Position numbers and translations under genes: made by a program. 64,000 bases of DNA, taken from contig JAIRMH010000099.1 of assembly GCA_031258835.1 (NCBI GenBank), positions 7,923 to 71,922 on the forward strand. The letters are read 5' to 3'. Source of the stretch: Tannerella sp. (GTDB taxonomy: Bacteria > Bacteroidota > Bacteroidia > Bacteroidales > Tannerellaceae). Numbering within the stretch: position 1 is the stretch's first letter; every line of letters begins with the position of its first letter. Shown here one piece after another: positions 9,034 through 20,430 of this stretch. The notes below the pieces were generated by a model. The model was given only the letters and a program-made list of their open reading frames with translations, was not told where the DNA came from and did no database searches.

Positions 9034-10230
9034 CTATCCCAATTCTTTTACATCGATTACCCTCTTTTCCTGTGCGGAACGAACAGATCCTTCCATTATC
9101 CGAACTACTTGCCGAGCCATGTAACCATCAGGATAAGATTTTTCCTTTCCCTCCAATACCTTTACAAAATGTTTGAATTGTTCAACCACGCCATCTCCTT
9201 CTCTGTTATTAGCGTTCAGCGCTATTTTTTCGGGTTGGGGCAAATCTTGCGGCTTGGGGAATCCGGGAGCGGAACCATACCGTATGTCAAGTATGCCTCC
9301 TCCCATTTGTAACGTGCCGTTGACGGCAAAAAATGTATCCAATGCCGTCGAACCGTAATTGTAAACGTTCCCGCCATAATTCATCAAAGCGCCATTCGCA
9401 TAATAAGCAAGTACACCCGAATGATCGCTCGAATCACGCTTACGCAAAGAGAAGTTATTGACGCCCTGCAAACTGACAACAGAGACCGGCTCGCTGTCGA
9501 ATACCCAATTATTCACATCGATTATATGCGCTCCCATTTCGTAGACAACGCCCCCGCTACGTTTCTGATTTAAACGCCAATACGGAGTGCCTGCCGGATA
9601 TTCGTCGGCATCCGGAACACGCCAATCCCCCCTGAAATCATACAGACTTGATTGCAGTATCTTTCCAACCGGTTTCGCACGTACACACTCTATCAATGTT
9701 TTGTATTCACCTGAATGACGACGCTGATGGCCGATTTGCAAATATCTTCGGGTGCGTTCCGAAACGCCGATAATATCATTACATTCAGACACCGTCAAAG
9801 CTAACGGTTTTTCGCAGAAAACATGCTTGCCCGCTTCCATTGCGGCAATTGCAATCTCTGTGTGCGTGTCGTTTGGAGTGACAATAACAATCGCATCTAT
9901 TTCGCCCATGTCAAACACCTCTTTCATGTTAGCGATAAATTTCGGTTTAACACCGGTTTTAATCAATTGCGCACGCTGTTGCATCTTATGAGGTACAATG
10001 TCGCATAAAACGCTCATTTCAAGTTCGGGAACACTGTTCAATGCACTTATCAACGCCTTGCTGCGGTTCCCGCATCCGATAATGGCCATCTTAAACTTTG
10101 AAGCGGCAACATCTCCTTTCTCGCTGAAAAGATGCTTCGCCATCGACTCGCCGCCCGATAAAATCAAGCCGCCACCGACAAGTCCGCTCGTTGTAATAAA
10201 ATTACGTCTGGTAAAATTTTTCTCTTTCAT
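9034..10230 (-). CDS. Tat-exported Gfo/Idh/MocA family NAD(P)-dependent oxidoreductase
   Basis: TRRNF Tat motif, IIGCGNR Rossmann motif, GKHVFCEKPLA, GGVVYEMGAH. Confidence 0.9.
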   Translation of the reverse strand: MKEKNFTRRNFITTSGLVGGGLILSGGESMAKHLFSEKGDVAASKFKMAIIGCGNRSKALISALNSVPELEMSVLCDIVPHKMQQRAQLIKTGVKPKFIANMKEVFDMGEIDAIVIVTPNDTHTEIAIAAMEAGKHVFCEKPLALTVSECNDIIGVSERTRRYLQIGHQRRHSGEYKTLIECVRAKPVGKILQSSLYDFRGDWRVPDADEYPAGTPYWRLNQKRSGGVVYEMGAHIIDVNNWVFDSEPVSVVSLQGVNNFSLRKRDSSDHSGVLAYYANGALMNYGGNVYNYGSTALDTFFAVNGTLQMGGGILDIRYGSAPGFPKPQDLPQPEKIALNANNREGDGVVEQFKHFVKVLEGKEKSYPDGYMARQVVRIMEGSVRSAQEKRVIDVKELG

Positions 10231-10310
10231 TTCATCTCCTTTTTTAATTCATGGTAAATTCAAACATTATGTATAATCGTAAAAACACATTCCAAATCAA
10301 CAATATAAAT

Positions 10311-10328
10311 TGAAAAATCGATTTTTCA
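10311..10328. promoter_or_regulatory. Perfect 18-bp palindromic LacI-type operator TGAAAAATCGATTTTTCA
   Basis: Exact palindrome with central CG, immediately downstream of the operon -7 promoter element; second copy at 11479. Confidence 0.8.
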
Positions 10329-10335
10329 TGCGCCG

Positions 10336-10343
10336 CAAATATA
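10336..10343 (-). promoter_or_regulatory. Bacteroidota sigma-A -7 element (TATATTTG) of the SQ operon
   Basis: Matches TAnnTTTG on the minus strand about 105 bp upstream of the first ATG; -33 element weak. Confidence 0.6.
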
Positions 10344-10400
10344 TGGTTATTTTTTTGCATACACTATTTTTCTTCATTAAAAAATACGGCATTATATATA

Positions 10401-10429
10401 TTTAACTTTTAGTCGCGCAAAAAGTTAAA
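10401..10429. terminator. AT-rich inverted repeat downstream of the lacI-family gene (possible terminator)
   Basis: TTTAACTTTT-N9-AAAAGTTAAA. Confidence 0.35.
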
Positions 10430-10449
10430 ATAACAATATAAAAACAAGG

Positions 10450-11478
10450 TCAGAATTTATCGGAAACGATTGATGCAGGTAAAACGCAATTGATCTTTTT
10501 ATTTTCTTTTGTTTCGATTTGGTTCAGCAGAATATCAAATGAATGTTTACAAATCTCATACATAGGTTGTTTCACATATGGGATAGAAACGCCTGTCGCT
10601 ACCTCCATCCGGCCAAAACCTACAATTTGCACGTCGGATTGGAGTTTGACGCCCATATTTATCAGGCACCGGCTGGCAAGAGCCGTTATACCGCCTGTCG
10701 CAAAAACAAAGCCGTCCACTCCGGTATTCTTCAATTTTTCCGTTAGAAAATCTGCAATCTTTTCATACTTAAGGCTAAAATAATCAATTTCGCATATCAA
10801 ATTTTCGTCAAAGCTATTATTTGCGGTTAACGCATCTACGAATCCTCTTTTTCTATCTTGAAGATGCATCAGACTTTCTTTATACGATATAAAAGCCAAT
10901 TTCTTACAGCCTTTCCCTATCAATAATTGCGTCGCCATTAGGGTTATTTCATAATTGTTTATAATAACGCGACTGGTGTTCAACGTCTTAAAATAACGGT
11001 CCACATAGACAATCGGAATATCAAGCCCCAATTTTTCAATTTCCTCCTCTTCGATATTAGCGATCGGAACCATGATTACCCCGTCGACCGGCCTGTTTGA
11101 AAGCATATTGAATACGGGAAGCAAACGTTCTTTTTTTTCTCCCGTATTGAGAATTATCAATGCATATCCTTTTGATTCCGCATACTCCTGCAGGTTATAT
11201 GCCATAGCGCCAAAGAAAACATCGGATATATCAGCTATAACCAATGCAATCGTATTGAAGCACCCGGTACGTAACCCCCTGGCAACCACGTTAACCTGAT
11301 AATTCATCTCTTTTGCTGTCATACGGATCTTTTGCGCAAGTTCTTCACCGATTCTGCCTTGCTTCTCCTTGCCATTAAGAACAAACGATACCGTAGAGCG
11401 CGCTACACCCAACTCATCTGCAATACTCTGCATAGAGACTTTCTTTCCCGACGTTTCCCTTTTTTTCGGTTTATCCAT
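10450..11478 (-). CDS. LacI/GalR family transcriptional regulator
   Basis: N-terminal HTH SMQSIADELGVARSTVSFVLNG, YQVNVVARGL hinge, periplasmic-binding-protein-like C-domain. Confidence 0.93.
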   Translation of the reverse strand: MDKPKKRETSGKKVSMQSIADELGVARSTVSFVLNGKEKQGRIGEELAQKIRMTAKEMNYQVNVVARGLRTGCFNTIALVIADISDVFFGAMAYNLQEYAESKGYALIILNTGEKKERLLPVFNMLSNRPVDGVIMVPIANIEEEEIEKLGLDIPIVYVDRYFKTLNTSRVIINNYEITLMATQLLIGKGCKKLAFISYKESLMHLQDRKRGFVDALTANNSFDENLICEIDYFSLKYEKIADFLTEKLKNTGVDGFVFATGGITALASRCLINMGVKLQSDVQIVGFGRMEVATGVSIPYVKQPMYEICKHSFDILLNQIETKENKKINCVLPASIVSDKF

Positions 11479-11492
11479 AAAAATCGATTTTT
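11479..11492. promoter_or_regulatory. Second operator copy AAAAATCGATTTTT abutting the LacI start codon (autoregulation)
   Basis: 14-bp palindrome identical to the core of 10311-10328. Confidence 0.75.
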
Positions 11493-11671
11493 CGTTGTCA
11501 ATTAAAAAATTATAGACTCAACACACTATATGAATACAATTTAATCGTGCAAATGTACATGAAATTTTTCAATTCCACACAGACCGAGAAAAATGTCCGG
11601 CGAAATTTATACGGGAAATACAGGAAAAACAATTCTTTATGAGGATAAAATTAAATTATTTCTTTAAACAT

Positions 11672-11702
11672 TTTGCAGTAATAAAAAAAAGATATACTTT
11701 TG
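11672..11702 (+). promoter_or_regulatory. Bacteroidota promoter of tRNA-Gln (TTTG-N19-TACTTTTG)
   Basis: Consensus -33/-7 elements with 19-nt spacing, 21 nt upstream of the tRNA. Confidence 0.7.
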
Positions 11703-11723
11703 CACCACTAAAAAAAACCGGAT

Positions 11724-11794
11724 TGTTCTATGGTGTAATGGTAAACCGTCAGATTCTGGTCCTGAAATTCAAGGTTCGAATCCTTGTAGAACAA
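11724..11794 (+). tRNA. tRNA-Gln (CTG)
   Basis: Acceptor TGTTCTA/TAGAACA, anticodon loop TT-CTG-GT, T-arm CAAGG-TTCGAAT-CCTTG; D-stem poorly paired. Confidence 0.85.
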
Positions 11795-12058
11795 CTTCTT
11801 AAAAATATTTATGACAAAGGGTATATCTTAATCCAACCTGTGGCCTGCCCATTCAAATAATTATAGGATGTATGGATAGCAAATTCCATAATAATCCCTG
11901 AACAGGAAACGTTGCCATGCTCTGAATATACACTATTAGGTGGCGTGAAACGTTCATTATTCATAACATTATGTACTACGCGGCCATGCCGATTGACAAA
12001 GATTAGTTTGTCTTTATAGAATCTTTTCTGATGCTCCCTGATATAAAAATCCGTTACG

Positions 12059-12093
12059 AAAAACGGGAACGTCCATGTTACTGAACGTTCCCG
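12059..12093 (-). terminator. Intrinsic terminator after rpoC
   Basis: Stem CGGGAACGT/ACGTTCCCG followed by TTTTT on the minus strand, about 100 bp after the rpoC stop. Confidence 0.7.
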
Positions 12094-12191
12094 CCATATC
12101 TGCAACGTACGGGTCTTACTACCCTGTAGCGCCGGTAATAGAGCCGTCACGATTCGCCATTCTATGGAGAATACACAAATGTATGACGAAT

Positions 12192-15100
12192 TTACTTGAA
12201 CTCCATTTTCATAGAAGTATCTCCTTTCGAACGAGTGCTCCGCGTAGGGGCAGGAGTGTTATGTTCAAATTCCTCCTTTGCTCCGACAATAATACGATCA
12301 AACTCACGCTGTCCCGTACCGGCCGGTATCAGGTGACCGCAAATAACGTTTTCTTTCAATCCTTCCAGATAATCTGTTTTCCCGTTAATAGCCGCTTCGT
12401 TCAACACTTTTGTCGTTTCCTGGAAGGAAGCGGCTGACATAAAGCTTGAAGTCTGCAATGCTGCACGGGTAATACCTTGCAAAATCTGGTTGGTAGTAGC
12501 CGGAATGGCATCGCGTACCTGAACAAGTTTCAAATCACGGCGCTTAAGCTGACTGTTCTCATCACGCAGTTTCCGGGCGGTAACAATCTGTCCGGGACGA
12601 AGGTTGTGCGAATCGCCGGCATCCATAACGACTTTTTTACCCCATATACGGTCATTTTCTTCCATGGCTTCCAGTTTGTCAACCACCTGTTGCTCAAGGA
12701 AACGAGTATCCCCCGGATCGACAACCTCAACCTTGCGCATCATCTGGCGTACAATCACTTCAAAATGCTTGTCGTTAATCTTCACGCCCTGCAGACGATA
12801 AACATCCTGCACTTCGTTTACGATATACTCCTGAACAGCCGTCGGCCCTTTTATGGCAAGGATATCTGCAGGCGTGATAGCTCCGTCGGACAACGGCATA
12901 CCGGCGCGCACATAATCATTCTCCTGTACAAGCAACTGTTTGGAAAGCGGAACCATATATTTCTTTTCTTCTCCCAACTTGGAGGTAACAATAATTTCAC
13001 GATTACCGCGTTTTATTTTACCGAACGTAACCTCTCCGTCTATTTCGGAAACGACAGCCGGATTCGACGGATTACGCGCTTCGAACAACTCGGTAACACG
13101 AGGAAGACCTCCAGTGATATCGCCGGTCTTACCAACCGCGCGTGGAATCTTAACCAGCACTTCGCCGCTTTTAACAGGTTCTCCGGCTAACTTCGTCATG
13201 TGGGCGCCAAGAGGCAACGAATAATTTTTGAGTACGTTTTCATTCTCATCGACAATGTAGGCCGAAGGCGCTTTCGTTTTGTCTTTAGATTCGATAATAA
13301 TCATCTCTTTCAAGCCGGTGGTCTCATCACTTTCAACTTTATACGTGATATTTTCTTCCATGCTTCCAAAAGCGACCGTACCGTCGGCTTCTGCAATAAT
13401 CACCGCATTAAACGGGTCCCACTCGATAATTTTATCGCCCTTTTTAATACTGTCACCACTATTGAAGAACAATTTCGATCCGTAAGGAATATTATTGTTA
13501 TGCAAAATGATTTTAGTATGCGGCTCAACTATACGCATTTCGGCAAGACGGCTGACAACCACATGACATTTATCGTCTACCGAATATACAGTACGTAATT
13601 CGTCAATTTCGAGAGCGCCATCATATTTCGAAATAAGGCTATTTTCCGTTGCGATATTCGATGCGATACCTCCAACGTGGAACGTACGAAGCGTCAACTG
13701 CGTACCCGGCTCACCGATAGATTGCGCGGCGATGACTCCGACAACCTCTCCTTTCTGAACCATCTGCCCGGTAGCAAGGTTTCGTCCGTAACATTTAGCA
13801 CAAACGCCCTTCTTTGATTCGCAGGTGAGCACCGAACGTATTTCTACGCTTTCGATAGGAGATTCCTGTATTTCGTACGCTTCTTTTTCACGTATTTCTT
13901 CACCGGCTTTTACAATAATTTTTCCGGTTATCGGATGAATCACATCATGAACGGAAACACGTCCGAGAATACGTTCATAAAGATTCGCAATCACATCTTC
14001 GTTATTTTTCAACTCGGTACATGTCAATCCGCGAAGCGTCCCGCAGTCCTCTTCATTTACGATCACATCATGCGACACATCCACCAGACGACGCGTCAGA
14101 TATCCGGCATCGGCAGTCTTCAGCGCCGTATCGGCCAAACCTTTGCGGGCACCGTGCGTAGAAATAAAATACTCTAACACCGACAAACCTTCTTTAAAGT
14201 TGGATAAGATAGGATTCTCAATAATTTGTCCGCCATCGCTTCCGCTTTTCTGCGGTTTAGCCATCAATCCGCGCATCCCTGAAAGCTGACGAATTTGTTC
14301 CTTCGAACCGCGGGCGCCGGAATCCATCATCATAAAGACGGAGTTGAATCCGTCATTGTCGGCACTCAGTTTATCGATCAGAATCTTTGACAATTTACTG
14401 TTGACATGGGTCCATGTATCGATAATCTGGTTATAACGTTCGTTATTGGTGATGAATCCCATGCTATAGTTCGACACGATCTGTTCCACTTCTTCGTATC
14501 CTTCTTTCACAAATTCATCTTTTTCCACCGGGATAATTACATCGGCAAGATTGAAGGACAAACCGCCCTTAAATGCCATATAATATCCGAGGTTTTTTAT
14601 ATCGTCAAGGAACTGACATGTACGGGCGACGCCGCATGTCTTAATAACCTTACTTATGATGTCGCGTAACGCTTTCTTTCCGAGCACTTCGTTTATGAAT
14701 CCGACTTCCCTCGGTATATATTCGTTTACCATTAGGCGTCCGACGCTCGTTTCCACGATTTTTTTAACGTATTTACCGTTTTCATCGACATCTTCGATGC
14801 AAACTTTTATAAGTGCATGTATGGCGACTCTCCTTTCGTTATAAGCGATCGCAGCTTCTTCAGGCCCATAAAACACAAGCCCTTCCCCTTTCATTCCGGA
14901 ACGGGTCTTAGTTATATAATACAGTCCTAACACCATATCCTGCGACGGCACTGTTATCGGGGCACCGTTCGCCGGGTTCAAAATATTATGGGAGGCAAGC
15001 ATTAACATCTGCGCTTCGAGAATCGCTTCATTCCCAAGGGGGAGATGAACGGCCATCTGATCGCCGTCGAAGTCAGCATTAAATGCCGTACATGCCAACG

Positions 15101-16481
15101 GATGTAACTGAATGGCTTTACCTTCGATCATCTTCGGCTGGAAAGCCTGTATACCAAGCCGGTGCAATGTCGGGGCACGGTTAAGCAGCACCGGGTGTCC
15201 CTTCATTACATATTCCAATATATCCCACACGACAGGCTCTTTCCGGTCGACAATTTTCTTTGCGGATTTAACAGTCTTGACAATACCGCGTTCTATCAAT
15301 TTACGGATGATAAACGGTTTATACAACTCGGCTGCCATATCTTTAGGAATGCCACATTCGCCCATTTTAAGTTCCGGTCCGACGACGATAACCGAACGTG
15401 CGGAATAATCGACACGCTTACCCAGCAAATTCTGACGGAAACGTCCCTGCTTACCTTTCAGACTGTCGGACAAGGATTTTAACGGACGGTTTGCATCCGA
15501 TTTAACTGCGCTTGACTTTCGGGAATTATCAAAAAGCGAATCAACAGCCTCCTGCAACATACGTTTTTCGTTACGCAAGATCACTTCGGGAGCTTTGATG
15601 TCAATAAGTCGTTTCAGACGATTATTACGTATAATCACACGACGATACAAGTCATTGAGGTCGGACGTTGCAAAGCGGCCTCCATCAAGCGGAACAAGCG
15701 GACGCAGTTCCGGCGGAATAACAGGCACTACTTTTACAATCATCCATTCCGGTTTATTTCGCCCTTTCGAGGCGCGGAATGATTCAACCACCTGCAGTCG
15801 TTTTAATGCTTCATTTTTACGTTGCTGCGACGTATCCGTCATTGCATGGTTACGTAAATCATACGAAAGCGCATCCAAATCAAGGCGAAGCAACAAGTCA
15901 TAGATGGCTTCCGCTCCAATCTTCGCGACGAATTTATTCGGGTCGGTATCTTCCAGCAATTGATTCTCTTTGGGAAGGTTATCAATAATCTGCAGATATT
16001 CTTCTTCCGATAAAAGGTCTAAATTGCTTATCGTATCCGCACAACCTTTTTGTATGACGACATAACGCTCGTAATAAATGATAGCATCCAGTTTTTTCGT
16101 CGGCAACCCCAACAAATAACCGATTTTATTAGGCAATGTACGGCAATACCAGATATGAGCGACAGGTACGACAAGATGTATATGTCCTGTACGTTCGCGG
16201 CGCACTTTCTTTTCCGTAACTTCCACGCCGCAACGGTCACAAACTATGCCTTTATAGCGGATACGTTTATACTTACCGCAATAACATTCATAATTTTTCA
16301 CAGGGCCGAAAATGCGTTCGCAAAACAAACCATCGCGTTCAGGCTTGTATGTACGATAATTGATAGTTTCCGGTTTCAGCACCTCGCCATGCGAACTCTC
16401 CAGAATTTCTTCGGGTGATGCTAAACCAATCGTTATTTTTGTAAAGTCACTCTTTATTTTTGTATCTCTTCTAAAAGCCAT
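12192..16481 (-). CDS. rpoC: DNA-directed RNA polymerase beta' subunit
   Basis: [12 protein letters not shown] catalytic motif, Zn-finger CYCGKYK, 1429 aa. Confidence 0.99.
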   Translation of the reverse strand: MAFRRDTKIKSDFTKITIGLASPEEILESSHGEVLKPETINYRTYKPERDGLFCERIFGPVKNYECYCGKYKRIRYKGIVCDRCGVEVTEKKVRRERTGHIHLVVPVAHIWYCRTLPNKIGYLLGLPTKKLDAIIYYERYVVIQKGCADTISNLDLLSEEEYLQIIDNLPKENQLLEDTDPNKFVAKIGAEAIYDLLLRLDLDALSYDLRNHAMTDTSQQRKNEALKRLQVVESFRASKGRNKPEWMIVKVVPVIPPELRPLVPLDGGRFATSDLNDLYRRVIIRNNRLKRLIDIKAPEVILRNEKRMLQEAVDSLFDNSRKSSAVKSDANRPLKSLSDSLKGKQGRFRQNLLGKRVDYSARSVIVVGPELKMGECGIPKDMAAELYKPFIIRKLIERGIVKTVKSAKKIVDRKEPVVWDILEYVMKGHPVLLNRAPTLHRLGIQAFQPKMIEGKAIQLHPLACTAFNADFDGDQMAVHLPLGNEAILEAQMLMLASHNILNPANGAPITVPSQDMVLGLYYITKTRSGMKGEGLVFYGPEEAAIAYNERRVAIHALIKVCIEDVDENGKYVKKIVETSVGRLMVNEYIPREVGFINEVLGKKALRDIISKVIKTCGVARTCQFLDDIKNLGYYMAFKGGLSFNLADVIIPVEKDEFVKEGYEEVEQIVSNYSMGFITNNERYNQIIDTWTHVNSKLSKILIDKLSADNDGFNSVFMMMDSGARGSKEQIRQLSGMRGLMAKPQKSGSDGGQIIENPILSNFKEGLSVLEYFISTHGARKGLADTALKTADAGYLTRRLVDVSHDVIVNEEDCGTLRGLTCTELKNNEDVIANLYERILGRVSVHDVIHPITGKIIVKAGEEIREKEAYEIQESPIESVEIRSVLTCESKKGVCAKCYGRNLATGQMVQKGEVVGVIAAQSIGEPGTQLTLRTFHVGGIASNIATENSLISKYDGALEIDELRTVYSVDDKCHVVVSRLAEMRIVEPHTKIILHNNNIPYGSKLFFNSGDSIKKGDKIIEWDPFNAVIIAEADGTVAFGSMEENITYKVESDETTGLKEMIIIESKDKTKAPSAYIVDENENVLKNYSLPLGAHMTKLAGEPVKSGEVLVKIPRAVGKTGDITGGLPRVTELFEARNPSNPAVVSEIDGEVTFGKIKRGNREIIVTSKLGEEKKYMVPLSKQLLVQENDYVRAGMPLSDGAITPADILAIKGPTAVQEYIVNEVQDVYRLQGVKINDKHFEVIVRQMMRKVEVVDPGDTRFLEQQVVDKLEAMEENDRIWGKKVVMDAGDSHNLRPGQIVTARKLRDENSQLKRRDLKLVQVRDAIPATTNQILQGITRAALQTSSFMSAASFQETTKVLNEAAINGKTDYLEGLKENVICGHLIPAGTGQREFDRIIVGAKEEFEHNTPAPTRSTRSKGDTSMKMEFK

Positions 16482-16506
16482 ATTATATTGATTTATAAAG
16501 AGTTAA

Positions 16507-19500
16507 TTATTCTAATGTAAAACTTAAACACAAACCTCTCAATTCATGGAGAAGAACGTTCAATGATTCGGGGATGCCGGGTCTCGGCATGGGTTCGCCT
16601 TTAACAATCGCCTCATACGTCTTGGAACGTCCGACAACATCGTCCGATTTCACCGTAAGTATCTCCTGAAGGATATGAGATGCACCAAAAGCTTCTATCG
16701 CCCAGACCTCCATTTCTCCAAAACGCTGGCCTCCGAACTGGGCTTTACCGCCAAGCGGCTGTTGCGTTATCAAAGAATAAGGGCCGATAGAACGAGCGTG
16801 CATCTTATCATCAACCATATGACCTAATTTCAAAAAGTAGGTAACGCCCACCGTCGCCGGCTGGTCAAAACGCTCGCCGGTGCCACCGTCGTACAGATAT
16901 GTTTTACCGTAACGCGGAAGGTCGGCTTTATCCGTCCATGCATTGAGGTCATCCAGCGAAGCGCCGTCAAAAATCGGAGTAGAGAATTTCTCTCCCAGCA
17001 CGTGTCCAGCCCAACCCAGTACCGCTTCAAAAATCTGACCGAGGTTCATGCGCGAAGGCACACCAAGAGGATTCAGACAAATATCCACCGGCGTCCCGTC
17101 TTCGAGGAAGGGCATGTCTTCCTGACGTACGATTTTCGAGACAATACCTTTATTCCCGTGGCGTCCGGCCATTTTGTCGCCGACTTGTATTTTACGTTTC
17201 TTTGCCACATAAACTTTTGCAATCTGAACGATACCGGTAGGCAACTCATCGCCAATCGTCAGATCAAACTTCCGGCGACGCAGTTCCGCATCAAGTTCTT
17301 TATATTTCTTCAGATAATTCAGGATAAGTTTTTTTATCATCCCGTTCGTATGAGCATCGGAAGTCCATTTACTTACCTGAATTGTGTTATAGTCAAGATC
17401 TTCAAGCGCTTTTTTAGCAAACTTGGCGCCTTTGGAAATGATTTCCATATTCAGATAATCTTTAACTCCCTGCGACGTTTTCCCTGTCGTTAGCGTAAGC
17501 AGTTTCTCTATAAGGACAATTTTCAGTTCGGCCATCTTCCGTTCATACTCTTCTTCGATTTTAGGCAGAACACTCTTTTCCATCTGCCGGCCATTCTTTT
17601 TCTTAATGATACGCGAAAAGAGGCTTGTTGCGATCACAACGCCATGCAAAGAAGGAGTAGCCTTCAATGATGCGTCTTTCACATCGCCGGCCTTATCGCC
17701 GAAAATGGCACGGAGCAACTTCTCTTCGGGAGAAGGATCAGATTCCCCTTTCGGGGTAATTTTACCAATAATAATATCTCCAGGATGAATACGGGCGCCA
17801 ACACGAACAATACCCCTTTCGTCCAAATCCTTAATCGCATCTTCGCTTACGTTCGGGATATCGGAAGTGAGTTCTTCCATTCCGCGTTTTGTCTCCCGGA
17901 CTTCGAGTATATATTCGTCAACATGAACGGATGTAAATACGTCTTCACGGACGATGCGTTCGTTAAGTACAACGGCATCTTCGTAATTATAACCTTTCCA
18001 CGGCATATACGCAACTTTGACGTTACGCCCCAATGCCAGTTCCCCGTTTTGTATGGAATAGCCTTCCGTCAGAATCTCGCCGTTTTCAATACGTTGACCA
18101 CGACGGCAAATAGGACGCAAATCAACTGTCGTACTCTGATTCGTCTTACGCCATTTGGGGATATTATATATCTTAACCGAATCTTCGAAACTTACAAATT
18201 CCTCATCTTCGGTACGATCATATTTTATTTTGATTGTCGTGGCGTCCACAAATATCACTTCGCCCGAACCTTCTGCAACAATTTGCGTACGGGAATCATG
18301 CGCCAACTGACTTTCGATGCCGGTGCCGACAATAGGAGCATCCGCATGAATAAGCGGAACTGCCTGACGCATCATATTCGATCCCATCAACGCACGGTTT
18401 GCATCATCATGTTCAAGGAAAGGAATCAATGCGGCGGCAATTGATGCGATCTGCGTAGGAGCTACGTCCATCAAATTTACCTCTTCGGGCAAAACGACCG
18501 GGAAATCCGCCTCAAATCGTGCTTTTACACGGTCGCGAATAAACCGGCCTTCCGCGTTAAGCGGTGCATTACCCTGTGCAACAATTTTATCTTCCTCTTC
18601 TTCAGCCGTATAATATTCTAACGTACTGTCCGAAAAATCCACCTTTCCGTTTTCCACTTTACGATAAGGCGTTGTAATAAATCCCAGATCGTTTATTTTG
18701 GCATAAACACAAAGTGAAGAAATCAAACCGATATTAGGGCCTTCGGGTGTTTCTATCGGACAAAGGCGTCCGTAATGGGTGTAATGCACGTCGCGCACCT
18801 CAAATCCGGCACGGTCGCGCGACAGACCTCCGGGTCCTAATGCAGACAAACGGCGTTTGTGGGTGATCTCGGCCAACGGATTTGTTTGATCCATAAACTG
18901 CGACAATGCATTTGTCCCGAAGAACGAATTTACGACGGACGAAATCGTCTTTGCATTTATCAGGTCGATAGGCGTAAACACCTCGTTATCGCGAACGTTC
19001 ATACGTTCGCGCACCGTACGCGACATACGCGCCAGCCCTACGCCGAACTGATTGTAAAGTTGCTCGCCAACCGTACGTACACGGCGATTACTCAAGTGGT
19101 CGATATCATCAACAATCGCTTTCGAGTTAATCAACTGTATCAAATATTTAATAATTTCGATAATATCTTCTTTCGTCAACACTCTGATATCATCGTTTAT
19201 TTGCAGATTCAGCTTACGATTGATACGAAAACGTCCGACATCGCCAAGATCATAACGTTTCTCTGAGAAAAACAGGTTGGTTATGACTTCGCGTGCGCTT
19301 GCATCATCTGCAGGTTCCGCATTTCGCAATTGACGGTATATATATAATACAGCTTCTTTTTCCGAGTTACTCGGATCTTTTTGCAACGTATTATAAATGA
19401 TAGCATAATCATTCAGATTCTGGTCTTCGCGATGCAGCAAGATATGTTGTGCGCCGGAATCTAAAATCAAGTCAATATTATCCTCATCAAGCGAAGCCTC

Positions 19501-20319
19501 GCGATCAACAACAACATCATTACGTTCGATAGATACGACTTCACCTGTATCTTCATCGACAAAATCTTCGACCCATGTTCTAAGTACACGGGCGGCCAGT
19601 CTGCGACCGGCATATTTTTTCAGGTTTACCGTCGAAACTTTCACTTCTTCCGCAAGGTTAAATATTTCAAGAATATCCTTGTCGCTTTCGAAGCCTATGG
19701 CCCTCAGGAGAGTTGTTACGGGTAACTTCTTTTTACGGTCAATATATGCATACATGACATTATTAATGTCTGTTGCAAATTCGATCCATGAGCCTTTAAA
19801 CGGAATAATACGCGCCGAATAAAGTTTTGTTCCGTTAGCATGAATACTTTGTCCGAAAAACACGCCGGGCGAGCGATGTAATTGTGAAACCACAACCCGT
19901 TCGGCGCCATTGATAATGAACGTACCCCGATTGGTCATATACGGAATCGGGCCAAGATACACATCCTGAACAACCGTATCGAAATCTTCATGTTCGGGAT
20001 CGGTACAATATAACTTCATTTTCGCCTTGAGAGGCACACTATAAGTTAGTCCCCGCGCTATACATTCGTCCATCGTATAACGGGGAGGATCAAGATAATA
20101 ATCAAGAAACTCCAATACAAAATTGTTACGCGTATCGGCTATTGGGAAGTTTTCTGTAAATACTTTGTACAACCCCTCTTTTTTTCTTTTTTCGGGGGGC
20201 ATATCTAATTGGAGAAAGTCTTGAAATGACTTCAATTGCACTTCGAGGAAATCAGGATAAGGAAGTTGATCTTTTATCGAAGCAAAGTTAATTCGTTGGG
20301 TTTTAGTTGTTGAAGACAT
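16507..20319 (-). CDS. rpoB: DNA-directed RNA polymerase beta subunit
   Basis: [50 protein letters not shown]. Confidence 0.99.
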   Translation of the reverse strand: MSSTTKTQRINFASIKDQLPYPDFLEVQLKSFQDFLQLDMPPEKRKKEGLYKVFTENFPIADTRNNFVLEFLDYYLDPPRYTMDECIARGLTYSVPLKAKMKLYCTDPEHEDFDTVVQDVYLGPIPYMTNRGTFIINGAERVVVSQLHRSPGVFFGQSIHANGTKLYSARIIPFKGSWIEFATDINNVMYAYIDRKKKLPVTTLLRAIGFESDKDILEIFNLAEEVKVSTVNLKKYAGRRLAARVLRTWVEDFVDEDTGEVVSIERNDVVVDREASLDEDNIDLILDSGAQHILLHREDQNLNDYAIIYNTLQKDPSNSEKEAVLYIYRQLRNAEPADDASAREVITNLFFSEKRYDLGDVGRFRINRKLNLQINDDIRVLTKEDIIEIIKYLIQLINSKAIVDDIDHLSNRRVRTVGEQLYNQFGVGLARMSRTVRERMNVRDNEVFTPIDLINAKTISSVVNSFFGTNALSQFMDQTNPLAEITHKRRLSALGPGGLSRDRAGFEVRDVHYTHYGRLCPIETPEGPNIGLISSLCVYAKINDLGFITTPYRKVENGKVDFSDSTLEYYTAEEEEDKIVAQGNAPLNAEGRFIRDRVKARFEADFPVVLPEEVNLMDVAPTQIASIAAALIPFLEHDDANRALMGSNMMRQAVPLIHADAPIVGTGIESQLAHDSRTQIVAEGSGEVIFVDATTIKIKYDRTEDEEFVSFEDSVKIYNIPKWRKTNQSTTVDLRPICRRGQRIENGEILTEGYSIQNGELALGRNVKVAYMPWKGYNYEDAVVLNERIVREDVFTSVHVDEYILEVRETKRGMEELTSDIPNVSEDAIKDLDERGIVRVGARIHPGDIIIGKITPKGESDPSPEEKLLRAIFGDKAGDVKDASLKATPSLHGVVIATSLFSRIIKKKNGRQMEKSVLPKIEEEYERKMAELKIVLIEKLLTLTTGKTSQGVKDYLNMEIISKGAKFAKKALEDLDYNTIQVSKWTSDAHTNGMIKKLILNYLKKYKELDAELRRRKFDLTIGDELPTGIVQIAKVYVAKKRKIQVGDKMAGRHGNKGIVSKIVRQEDMPFLEDGTPVDICLNPLGVPSRMNLGQIFEAVLGWAGHVLGEKFSTPIFDGASLDDLNAWTDKADLPRYGKTYLYDGGTGERFDQPATVGVTYFLKLGHMVDDKMHARSIGPYSLITQQPLGGKAQFGGQRFGEMEVWAIEAFGASHILQEILTVKSDDVVGRSKTYEAIVKGEPMPRPGIPESLNVLLHELRGLCLSFTLE

Positions 20320-20360
20320 CTATCGTAGGAATTAATTGAACTAATAATAAAAATAGACAC

Positions 20361-20401
20361 AAAAAGGTTAAGAATCTTCATCAAAAGAAAGATTCTTAAC
20401 C
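20361..20401 (-). terminator. Intrinsic terminator/attenuator between rplL and rpoB
   Basis: 13-bp stem GGTTAAGAATCTT/AAGATTCTTAACC with TTTTT tail on the minus strand. Confidence 0.75.
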
Positions 20402-20430
20402 AATTAACCTGCTAAGCAGGATTATATGAA

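Noticed and set aside
11639-11860. 73-aa plus-strand ORF
   Set aside because: Overlaps tRNA-Gln and its promoter
11809-12150. 113-aa ORF downstream of rpoC
   Set aside because: No recognisable motif, spans the rpoC terminator hairpin; probably spurious or debris
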